This document shows positions 56,683 to 64,000 of a stretch of 64,000 nucleotides of DNA, one piece after another. Within the stretch, counting starts at the first letter, position 1; each line of letters starts with the position of its first letter. The notes below the pieces were generated by a model. The model was not told the DNA's origin. It did not search any database and was given only the letters and a program-made list of their open reading frames with translations. The position numbers and the translations under genes were made by a program. This DNA comes from Candidatus Saccharibacteria bacterium UBA6824 (GTDB lineage: Bacteria; Patescibacteriota; Saccharimonadia; Saccharimonadales; UBA10212), in NCBI GenBank assembly GCA_002452155.1, contig DKEK01000002.1:85750-149749 (forward strand), given 5' to 3'.

Positions 56683-57726
56683 TTAAGATACTCCACCGAC
56701 CGCAAACATAATTACGCCTAAAATTGCCGCTACCTGGCCAAGCACCCAAAAACGCATGGTGATCTTGGTCTCCGGCCAACCGATGGCCTCAAAATGGTGG
56801 TGGATTGGACTTGATATAAATATCTTTTTACCGTGGCGCAGTTTCTTGCTGGCAATCTGCAGGACCACTGACCCGGTTTCAATTACAAATACCAGGCCGA
56901 TGATTGGCAGCAGCAGTATGGTGTTGGTGAGTAGCGCCACTACACCAAGCGCCGTGCCGAGCGCAAAAGATCCAACGTCGCCCATAAAAAAACGCGCCGG
57001 GTAGATATTAAACCAGGTGTAGCTAAGCAATGCACCAACAATGGTCATACAAAAACCGGCGACGCCGTATTTCTTTTCGATAAAGGCAATCAGCGCATAG
57101 GCGCTAAAGGCTGAGACCGCTAGGCCGCCGGCCAGGCCGTCCAGTCCGTCAGTAATATTTACGGCGTTGGCAGTGGCAAAAACCACCAAGACAAACAGCG
57201 GTACGATCAGCCAGCCGAGGTGCAGGCTGCCAACAAAAGGTATGTCGATGGCCGTGACGCCTAATTTAGCAAAAAACCAGAGGCCGCCTACTAGTGAGAT
57301 GCCGATAAGTAGCAGGGCTTTGATTTTGGCCCGCATGCCGGCAATACCACCCTTGATACTCTTGATATTAATAATGTCGTCGAACAGGCCGATTAGCCCC
57401 GCCCCGGCCATGGCTGCCAGCGGTAGCCAGGTTTCGGACCGCGACAGATTACCAGCCACCGTCACTAAGATAGTGGACAGCACAAAGATCATGCCGGCCA
57501 TGGTCGGTATGTTGCGGGCGTGTTTGGCGGCGTGCAGTTTGTTATAGACCGTAGCCGTTTCGCCAGTCATGGCGGTTGTACGCTGTTTTTTCCACCATTT
57601 ACCGGAAAAGGCAGCCGTGGTATATAGTGGAGTCAAGAGCATGCTGATCAAAAAACTCAACAGGCCAAACATAAATATTTGTTCGACGGTAGAAGAATCG
57701 ACAACTATTTGTAAAATGGAAGTCAA
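56683..57726 (-). CDS. mraY: Phospho-MurNAc-pentapeptide transferase
   Basis: PTMAG, GLFDD, NAVNITDGLDGL, FMGDVGS, PIHHHFE. Confidence 0.97.
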   Translation of the reverse strand: MTSILQIVVDSSTVEQIFMFGLLSFLISMLLTPLYTTAAFSGKWWKKQRTTAMTGETATVYNKLHAAKHARNIPTMAGMIFVLSTILVTVAGNLSRSETWLPLAAMAGAGLIGLFDDIINIKSIKGGIAGMRAKIKALLLIGISLVGGLWFFAKLGVTAIDIPFVGSLHLGWLIVPLFVLVVFATANAVNITDGLDGLAGGLAVSAFSAYALIAFIEKKYGVAGFCMTIVGALLSYTWFNIYPARFFMGDVGSFALGTALGVVALLTNTILLLPIIGLVFVIETGSVVLQIASKKLRHGKKIFISSPIHHHFEAIGWPETKITMRFWVLGQVAAILGVIMFAVGGVS

Positions 57727-57791
57727 CTTAGACGCCCTTTACTGGTCGTGTTTGTTTTGTCATACCGGATCTAATTATACCACCCGTAGCC

Positions 57792-59591
57792 CTATCCGCC
57801 ACCCCGAGGAATAACATTGAAGTTGTCGATTAGCATGTGGGCCAGAGCGCCAAAAATCGGTTGAGCGGCGCCGCTGCCGGCGTATTTGCCCAGGTGCGGT
57901 TCGTTGATGCGCACGGCAATTACATATTGCACTTTGTCGCCGCCGACAAAACCGACATAGGTGCCATTAAAGCGGTTGGTAAAATAGCCGCCGGCCGGGT
58001 TGGCAATCTCGGCAGTCCCGGTTTTGCCGCCAACACTAAAGTTATCGCCAAAATTTAAATATGAGAATCCGGACTTAAAGTGATCTTTAACGGCGAACTC
58101 CAGCATCGAACGCAAGCTTTCGCCAACGCTGGGCGAAACTACGCTCTTGCGCGTCACAACCGGTTTTTTAGGAGTTAGTTTGCCCGAGCCATCAACCACG
58201 GCGTCCACTAATCGCGGCTGATAATATGTGCCGCCGTTTAAGACACTGGACAGCGCGGCGGCCATTTGCAGCGGTGTGGCCGTCATGGCTTGGCCGAAAG
58301 CGGTGTTGGCGTAAGTTAGCTGCAAGCCGTAGCCTTTGTCCGGGTCGGGGATATAACCGCTGGCCTCGTAGCCCTGTTCGATACCCGTTAACTGCCCCAG
58401 GCCAAAATGTTTGACCATATAATCATGCCACTTGTCGCGCGCGGCCTGGGTCACCTGCCCGGTTTGGCCGCCCATTTGCATTAGCATCCAGGTGGCCCCG
58501 GTGTTAATCGATAGGTTTAAAATATCGGTTATGCTGTGCAGGCCGGGGCCGCCGTCTTCTTCGATGTTGGTAATGCTGTGACCATCGAGCTCCCAGTGGC
58601 CGGGATCATTGTAGGTGGTGCTCGGCTTGATGGCGCCGCTGTCGAGCGCTGCCGATGCCGTCAGGGTTTTCATTATCGAGCCGACTTCCAGCGGTGAGCT
58701 GACGGCGGCGTTATTAAATAAGTTGGCGTCGCTGACGTTAAAATACTGGGACGGTTCGTAGGTTGGGTAGTTGGCCATGGCTTTAATGGCGCCGGTGTTA
58801 GGATCCATTATCAGGGCGCTGGCGCCGGGGCTGCTGGCCCGCTGCGTGCCGGCTTTCAAGATTGTTTCCAGTGTTTTTTGCATCCCGAGATCAATTGTCA
58901 TCACTAGATCCTGGCCGGGTCTCGGATCGACCTGGACATTGTCGCGGCTAGCCGCCAGCGGTACGCCTTCGGCGTCGGTAATAGCTTTGAGCTTGCCTGG
59001 TATGCCCATAAGTGTCTTATCTAGCGCCTGCTCGAGTCCGTAGTTCCCCTTGCCGTCGTTATTCACAAAACCCAGCACCTGGGCGGCTAAAGAGCCCTGC
59101 GGATAGGTCCGATAGTCTTGAGCCTGGGTACCGATGCCCGGTAATTTAAGGGCGGCAATCTGTTTTTTTTGGTCTTCACTGACGCGACGGGCCAGCACTA
59201 CGTAGCGGCTGTTTTTGCTTTTCATGGCTTTTTCGTACTCGCCACCGTCGGCTTTAGTAATAGCAGCCGCCTTAGCAGCGGTCTCTGGAGCATTTTTGAT
59301 AAAGGCCGGGTCGGCATAGAGTGTATAGAGTTTTTCGTTTAGCACCACTGGAACTGTGCCACTGCCGCTTTTAGCCGAAATTATGCCCCGCGGGGCTGGA
59401 ATAATATATTCTTTTAACTGGTCAGATAGGGCCTGGGCGCGGTAGTGGTCGTGGCGGATAATTTGCAAATAAAAAAGCCGGGCGATGAAAACCACCATAA
59501 TAAAAATCAAAACGCCGTACCAGATGGATAGGCGTTTAGCAGATTGAGGCGTTTTTGGCGCCGGCGCCGGGTTTAGGCTTGGTGTCATCAA
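57792..59591 (-). CDS. ftsI: Class B penicillin-binding protein (FtsI)
   Basis: APRG.I, RTYPQG, GSIMK (SxxK), SIN (SxN), KTGTA. Confidence 0.93.
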   Translation of the reverse strand: MMTPSLNPAPAPKTPQSAKRLSIWYGVLIFIMVVFIARLFYLQIIRHDHYRAQALSDQLKEYIIPAPRGIISAKSGSGTVPVVLNEKLYTLYADPAFIKNAPETAAKAAAITKADGGEYEKAMKSKNSRYVVLARRVSEDQKKQIAALKLPGIGTQAQDYRTYPQGSLAAQVLGFVNNDGKGNYGLEQALDKTLMGIPGKLKAITDAEGVPLAASRDNVQVDPRPGQDLVMTIDLGMQKTLETILKAGTQRASSPGASALIMDPNTGAIKAMANYPTYEPSQYFNVSDANLFNNAAVSSPLEVGSIMKTLTASAALDSGAIKPSTTYNDPGHWELDGHSITNIEEDGGPGLHSITDILNLSINTGATWMLMQMGGQTGQVTQAARDKWHDYMVKHFGLGQLTGIEQGYEASGYIPDPDKGYGLQLTYANTAFGQAMTATPLQMAAALSSVLNGGTYYQPRLVDAVVDGSGKLTPKKPVVTRKSVVSPSVGESLRSMLEFAVKDHFKSGFSYLNFGDNFSVGGKTGTAEIANPAGGYFTNRFNGTYVGFVGGDKVQYVIAVRINEPHLGKYAGSGAAQPIFGALAHMLIDNFNVIPRGGG

Positions 59592-59595
59592 TTAA

Positions 59596-59943
59596 TTATT
59601 GACTGATGCTGCCCGTCGGTGCAACCGAAACCAGCCCCTTGGCGGCATCACTATTAGCTACCCTCTCGAGCGACTGCAACCTAGCCGAGCTGACCTCCAG
59701 ATTGGCTTTTTGGTCTTTGAGCTCCGATTGCTGCTGTTGCAGGCTGTTGATAGTGTAACCGTAGCTATTGGTCTTGGTGACCTGCGTTAGATACAGCAAG
59801 CCGATCAAACAAGCCAAAACTATTAAGATGATAGTGTTACTGACCGGTCCCAATGTGCGGCTGACGGCCACAAACGACACGGCATTTTGGCCGCGGCGGG
59901 CATAACCAGATTTAGAAGCGGCGACTGAGCTTGAATATGTCAT
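59596..59943 (-). CDS. ftsL: FtsL-like protein
   Basis: TM plus coiled coil, located between rsmH and ftsI. Confidence 0.7.
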   Translation of the reverse strand: MTYSSSVAASKSGYARRGQNAVSFVAVSRTLGPVSNTIILIVLACLIGLLYLTQVTKTNSYGYTINSLQQQQSELKDQKANLEVSSARLQSLERVANSDAAKGLVSVAPTGSISQ

Positions 59944-60112
59944 ATATTTTTTGTTTCTATTTTTATTTTTGCTTGCCCCTTACCTTTTCTGAGTGGAGTA
60001 GTCTGTAATCAGATTACGGAACTTCATGAAAAGGTGTGGGGTGTTTTCCAGGGCCCGGCCGCATTTTCTTTTAGGGTAAATACGGCCGAGCAATAATCCC
60101 GGTGATCTTATG

Positions 60113-60178
60113 CTAGTGTATGACCCTTACGGGCACTCTAGCGGCACGGGAGTTTTTGTACTCTACCTTGATTGGCAT
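60113..60178 (-). CDS. Candidate 21-aa micro-ORF MPIKVEYKNSRAARVPVRVIH
   Basis: ATG 17 nt after the rsmH stop, preceded by GAAAGG. Confidence 0.35.
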   Translation of the reverse strand: MPIKVEYKNSRAARVPVRVIH

Positions 60179-60195
60179 GAGTTTTCTAGACCTTT

Positions 60196-61077
60196 CTATG
60201 TTTTTATTTTGGCTACGGCCCGCAGTTTTGCACTGCGAGCGCGCGGATTTAAAGCTATTTCTTCGGCCTTGGCGGTAATCGGTTTTTTGCTTAGTAGGCG
60301 AATTTCGGCCTCATAGCCCTGCCCCGCCGCCTCTTTGAAGGCTTGCTTGACTAAGCGGTCTTCCAGGCTGTGGAAGCTGATGACTGCCAGACGGCCGCCG
60401 GGCTCCAGCAGCTGCAGCATCAGCGGCAAGCTGTCTTGTATTTGGGCCAGTTCGTCATTGACGGCTATCCGCAGCGCCTGAAAAGTTCTGGTCGCCGGAT
60501 GGGTCTTGCTGCGAAAACGGTAAGTGCTGGCCACAACTTTGGCCAGCTGGTCAGTGGAGTGGATCGGCCGGTTAGTCACAATCTTCGCTGCTACGGCTCG
60601 GCTTTTTGGCTCCTCGCCGTAGTTTTTTAAAAGATTGGCTATTTTCTGCTCGTCCCAGTGGTTAACAATCTCGCCGGCAGTTAAATGCTGCGAGTTGTCC
60701 ATCCGCATATCAAGCGGCCCGGGGCGAACAAAGGAAAAACCGCGTAGTGCTTGCTCAAAGTGCAGTGAACTTACACCGAGATCGGCCAAAATTAGGTCGA
60801 AACGTTTCCCCCGCTCTACCAGCTCCTGGCTGGCTGCTAAAAAGTCGCTTTGTAGGATATCTATGTCCTTGAACTTTTTTTTCAGCATTTTGACGGCTTC
60901 GGGATCTCTATCTATGAGTAGAGCCTGCTTGGGCGCCCGGGTGAGTTCTAAAATGGCGCCGGCGTGGCCACCCAATCCGGCGGTCAAGTCTAGGTACGAC
61001 TCGCCGGCTTTGGGGGCCAGTAGATGGAGTACCTCGCGCAGCAGCACGGGGTTATGGACAATTTTTTGTTTTGGCAT
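60196..61077 (-). CDS. rsmH: 16S rRNA m4C1402 methyltransferase
   Basis: HNPVLL.EV, DLTAGLGGH, DLGVSS, PLDMRM, FQALRIAVN, FHSLEDR, NPRARSAKLR. Confidence 0.97.
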   Translation of the reverse strand: MPKQKIVHNPVLLREVLHLLAPKAGESYLDLTAGLGGHAGAILELTRAPKQALLIDRDPEAVKMLKKKFKDIDILQSDFLAASQELVERGKRFDLILADLGVSSLHFEQALRGFSFVRPGPLDMRMDNSQHLTAGEIVNHWDEQKIANLLKNYGEEPKSRAVAAKIVTNRPIHSTDQLAKVVASTYRFRSKTHPATRTFQALRIAVNDELAQIQDSLPLMLQLLEPGGRLAVISFHSLEDRLVKQAFKEAAGQGYEAEIRLLSKKPITAKAEEIALNPRARSAKLRAVAKIKT

Positions 61078-61403
61078 TCTCGTTTTTGTTTTGGTGTTTT
61101 TGTTTTTGCAAGATCACCTATTCAGCAGCCAGTTTTTTGTTTTTGGATTGTTTTTTGTTTTTGTTTATCCGCCTAAAAGGCGAATTAGGAGCTTACGGCG
61201 CGAAATAAATTTCTTGCCATAGGCTCTAAAGTTCTTGTGAGAGACTTTGTGAGGTGGAGTTTTGGGAGGTGTTACGTTTAAAAATGTACAAGGGTGTTTT
61301 TAACGATGTTACCCTATATACCACCGACTGACTGCCAAATAGCTGATCTCGAAGTGTCTATTTGGTTTTGGTTACCGCCGAGTTTTTAAGATGCGAAGGC
61401 TAT

Positions 61404-61760
61404 TTACGGTTTGGCCATCAGGCGCCAATAGCGCCCTGCCCTGACGGCTACGACGTCGCGGCTGATACCGGCGTGGTCCAGCAGGTGCTGTTCCAGCGTG
61501 ATTCTGCCCTGACGCGCGTCAATGACACCCTCAATCCTGCCCATTCTGAACTGGACGTTAAGATCAGCCGTCTGCTCGTCGAGGATATTCCCCTGCAGCT
61601 GCGGCTCGACCTGTTCGTCCCAGACGGACTTAGGATAGAGGTGTAAATAGTTTTTAAAACCTTTGGTTATAACTACGCCGCTGTCAAACTCGGCTCGAAG
61701 TTCGGCCGGAATGCCCAGCCGCCGCTTGTCGTCAAGTTTTCTTTCGAAGTAGTCTCCCAT
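61404..61760 (-). CDS. mraZ: Transcriptional regulator MraZ
   Basis: LDDKRRL.IP..LR and ID.RQGRI (two SpoVT/AbrB repeats). Confidence 0.92.
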   Translation of the reverse strand: MGDYFERKLDDKRRLGIPAELRAEFDSGVVITKGFKNYLHLYPKSVWDEQVEPQLQGNILDEQTADLNVQFRMGRIEGVIDARQGRITLEQHLLDHAGISRDVVAVRAGRYWRLMAKP

Positions 61761-61811
61761 TGGTCCCTTTTTTAATAGTGGTTTTTATTTTTGGTGAGGA
61801 GCTATTTTGGC

Positions 61812-61865
61812 TACCCACGTTTACCCACTAAGCTGAGTGTACAGGCCCTATCTACCCACAAGCAA
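61812..61865 (-). promoter_or_regulatory. mraZ promoter with MraZ boxes
   Basis: GTGGGTA three times on the minus strand (61812, 61822, 61853), 10-bp spacing typical of MraZ operators; TTGCTT-18-TACACT. Confidence 0.75.
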
Positions 61866-61976
61866 GCACTTTATAAAAAAAGCTCCCCTGTCGTAGGGGC
61901 ACTTATCCACAGAAAGTGGTGAGTTTACAATTTATGCGCAATATGTAGCGGTTTGGGGTTACCAGATAGCGCTAGG

Positions 61977-62402
61977 TTAGCCGTTGGACTTGGGTTCGAG
62001 ATTTTTCATATTTGCGGTGGCATCCAGCTGAAGCACCGTATCTCCGGGGTGAATCTCCCCTAGTGTTTGAGCTTGCTTAGGGAGCTGTCTGTTAAGAGCG
62101 GCTACCTTTTCTTGGAACTCTACTCCGTACGGATCTAGGTCCGGATAGGCTTTATTGACAATTTCCGTTAGAGTATCGCCACCTTGGACTGTATAGCTAT
62201 TGTAGTGTCGCTCTGGATGTTCAGCCCTTGGGTTTTCGACCGTGGGCCCTGTGCCCTGAACTCTATCCATTGCCGTATTAGCTGCTACCCCTGCACCTAT
62301 AACCCCGGCGGCCAACAAAGTGACTCCGCCAACCCGGCGTCTCTTAAATTTAGGGTCTTGATTAAATTTCTTACCAGTTAGTTTTTCAGCTTCGGTTGCC
62401 AT
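61977..62402 (-). CDS. LysM-domain membrane-anchored protein
   Basis: TM; YTVQGGDTLTEI...LN...IHPGD. Confidence 0.8.
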   Translation of the reverse strand: MATEAEKLTGKKFNQDPKFKRRRVGGVTLLAAGVIGAGVAANTAMDRVQGTGPTVENPRAEHPERHYNSYTVQGGDTLTEIVNKAYPDLDPYGVEFQEKVAALNRQLPKQAQTLGEIHPGDTVLQLDATANMKNLEPKSNG

Positions 62403-62455
62403 AACAGTTTATATACTAGCACAAAGTGTTAAAAAGGTCAAGCTTAGTTCTTGGC

Positions 62456-63802
62456 TTACCCCTTCGCAATCCGGGCGGCGAACCATTTGCCGCTTTGCTT
62501 GACAGTCCGCTTCATGCCGCCTTGCCTGTCAACTGCTACCAGGCCAAACTTGGGCCACCAGCCGGTTGACCATTCAAAGTTGTCCAGCAGGCTCCAGTGG
62601 AAGTAGCCGATGACGTTAGCGCCTTTCGCATTAGCTTTCTCGATGGCGGACAGTGTTTCTTCTATCCACCATTTACGGTAATGGTCATGCTCATCGGCTA
62701 CGCCATTCTCGGTCACCAAAATAGGCTGTTTGTACTTTTTAGCTACGTGCTTGATGATCTTATAAATGCCGTCGGGCTCCATGTACCAGCCTAGGTCGTT
62801 TAAGGGACCTGGCGGGTTGTGGCGTCGTTTTTTAAACGGTCCGCGGTGGCCTAAGCGGCCGGTTCGATGCGGATCGCGGTTGTAACGCATAGGATTTTTT
62901 CTGATAAAACCCTTAAAATAATCTGTAAAGTAATAATTAAAGCCGACAAAGTCCTGGTGCTTTCTGACTCGATTTAAAAACCACCAGTTCCAGACATAAT
63001 TTGCCAGCGCTGCTACGGTTTTGTCGATCAAATTTCCAGGCCGTTTGGGCTGGTTATTGTTGCATTGTGTGGCTACACCAACCATCAACTGCGGCTCTAT
63101 TTTTTTAAGCAGCCGATACGTCCGGCGATGGGCTAAGGCCAGATTATAATAGACTTGAGCCGCCTCAATCGGATTATATTTCTGTGGCGGCCAGTGCCCT
63201 TCTAAGTAACTCATACCAATATAAGTATTGGGTTCATTTATCGTCAGCACCCATTTGCAGGGCACGACCAAATCTTCGGCAATCCGCTGCACAAAGCGGA
63301 CAAAGTAGTCTATATTGCGACGATGGACAAAGCCGCCTTTTTGGTCAAACCAGACCGGCAGTGTCCAGTGCCACAGGTTAACCACCGGCTGGATACCCCG
63401 TTTTTTAAGCTCGGCGATGTATTTTTTGTAGTGATCGATAGCTTCCTGGTCCCACTGACCTTCTTCAGGCTCAATCCGCGACCATTCAATGCCAAAACGC
63501 AGCGCGTTGAGATTGAGTTTTTGGGCAATGTCAAAATCTTCTTCGTAGCGCTGATAATGTTCGACGCCGCGGCCGCTAATGTAGTTGGCTGGATCCTCGG
63601 CCTGGTCTTTTATCTCTTTCCAGGTAGGTAGCCAGTGAGCCAGCCTTTTTTCAGCCGTTGCCGCCAGCTCATTGGCGTGAGCCTGCTCCCACTGGCTCCA
63701 CTGGTTATGGTTGCCGCCCTCGACTTGGTGCGCCGACGTACTAGCGCCCCACAAAAAACCCTCTGGAAATTTAGAATTTTTATTTTTTGCCATTACCAAC
63801 AT
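62456..63802 (-). CDS. GH1 beta-glucosidase
   Basis: FPEGFLWGASTSAHQVEG, TINEP, VTENG, WSLLDNFEW. Confidence 0.95.
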   Translation of the reverse strand: MLVMAKNKNSKFPEGFLWGASTSAHQVEGGNHNQWSQWEQAHANELAATAEKRLAHWLPTWKEIKDQAEDPANYISGRGVEHYQRYEEDFDIAQKLNLNALRFGIEWSRIEPEEGQWDQEAIDHYKKYIAELKKRGIQPVVNLWHWTLPVWFDQKGGFVHRRNIDYFVRFVQRIAEDLVVPCKWVLTINEPNTYIGMSYLEGHWPPQKYNPIEAAQVYYNLALAHRRTYRLLKKIEPQLMVGVATQCNNNQPKRPGNLIDKTVAALANYVWNWWFLNRVRKHQDFVGFNYYFTDYFKGFIRKNPMRYNRDPHRTGRLGHRGPFKKRRHNPPGPLNDLGWYMEPDGIYKIIKHVAKKYKQPILVTENGVADEHDHYRKWWIEETLSAIEKANAKGANVIGYFHWSLLDNFEWSTGWWPKFGLVAVDRQGGMKRTVKQSGKWFAARIAKG

Positions 63803-64000
63803 TGTAGCAAACCGCTTTCCCTCAAGCCGCTATAGCTTCGACATCTACTTGCAATCTTATAAAATACATTCTAGTGGAAGAAGTTAAGCCAAAACCGCCA
63901 ACGGAATATTATTTTGATGTCTTAAACGGCCAAGAGTTATTGGGGGGAGTGGCTCTAGAAGTACATATTGAGGCAGGCGGTCATCCGGCTGATGTCCACC

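Noticed and set aside
11634-61911. DnaA boxes TTATCCACA at 11634, 53240 and 61903 as oriC
   Set aside because: Isolated single boxes; no dnaA/dnaN nearby; gene orientation converges rather than diverges
521-63835. Many overlapping or antisense ORFs in the supplied track (e.g. 2416-2847, 12000-12572, 39820-40332, 60635-61222)
   Set aside because: They are shadows of well-supported genes and have no motifs or start signals
1-64000. CRISPR array, cas genes, reverse transcriptase/DGR, rRNA, prophage
   Set aside because: No regularly spaced repeat-spacer units or diagnostic protein/RNA motifs were seen

Overview
This is bacterial chromosomal DNA (code 11) with a compact, monoderm-type gene set: sortase, LCP, a reduced dcw cluster, pilin-like membrane proteins, a sigma4/HARE-HTH protein and a stand-alone VirD4/TraD-like ATPase. 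By inference this best fits a Patescibacteria (CPR), probably Saccharibacteria, genome. Housekeeping genes include thyA-folA, smpB, xth, gltX, der, pth, dprA-topA, mraZ-rsmH-ftsL-ftsI-mraY-ftsW-murG-ftsQ, tRNA-Leu(CAA) and tRNA-Glu(CTC). Accessory content includes a cytochrome bd/DoxX/FAD-oxidoreductase block, an orphan candidate modification-dependent nuclease, a DinB cassette, an IS1595 island and MITE-like palindromes. No CRISPR array, rRNA, reverse transcriptase or prophage is visible. The least-explained signals are non-coding: (1) a structured, ORF-poor region with convergent promoters and competing inverted repeats at 42.5-43.0 kb; (2) a 24-bp operator-like palindrome and long leader on the dinB cassette; (3) long structured spacers and a micro-ORF inside the mraZ-rsmH-ftsL operon; (4) a dif-like site bracketed by direct repeats where gene orientation converges near 53 kb; (5) pervasive leaderless promoter architecture; (6) a probable ATT start codon. 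All calls were made by eye, and no database search or folding program was run.
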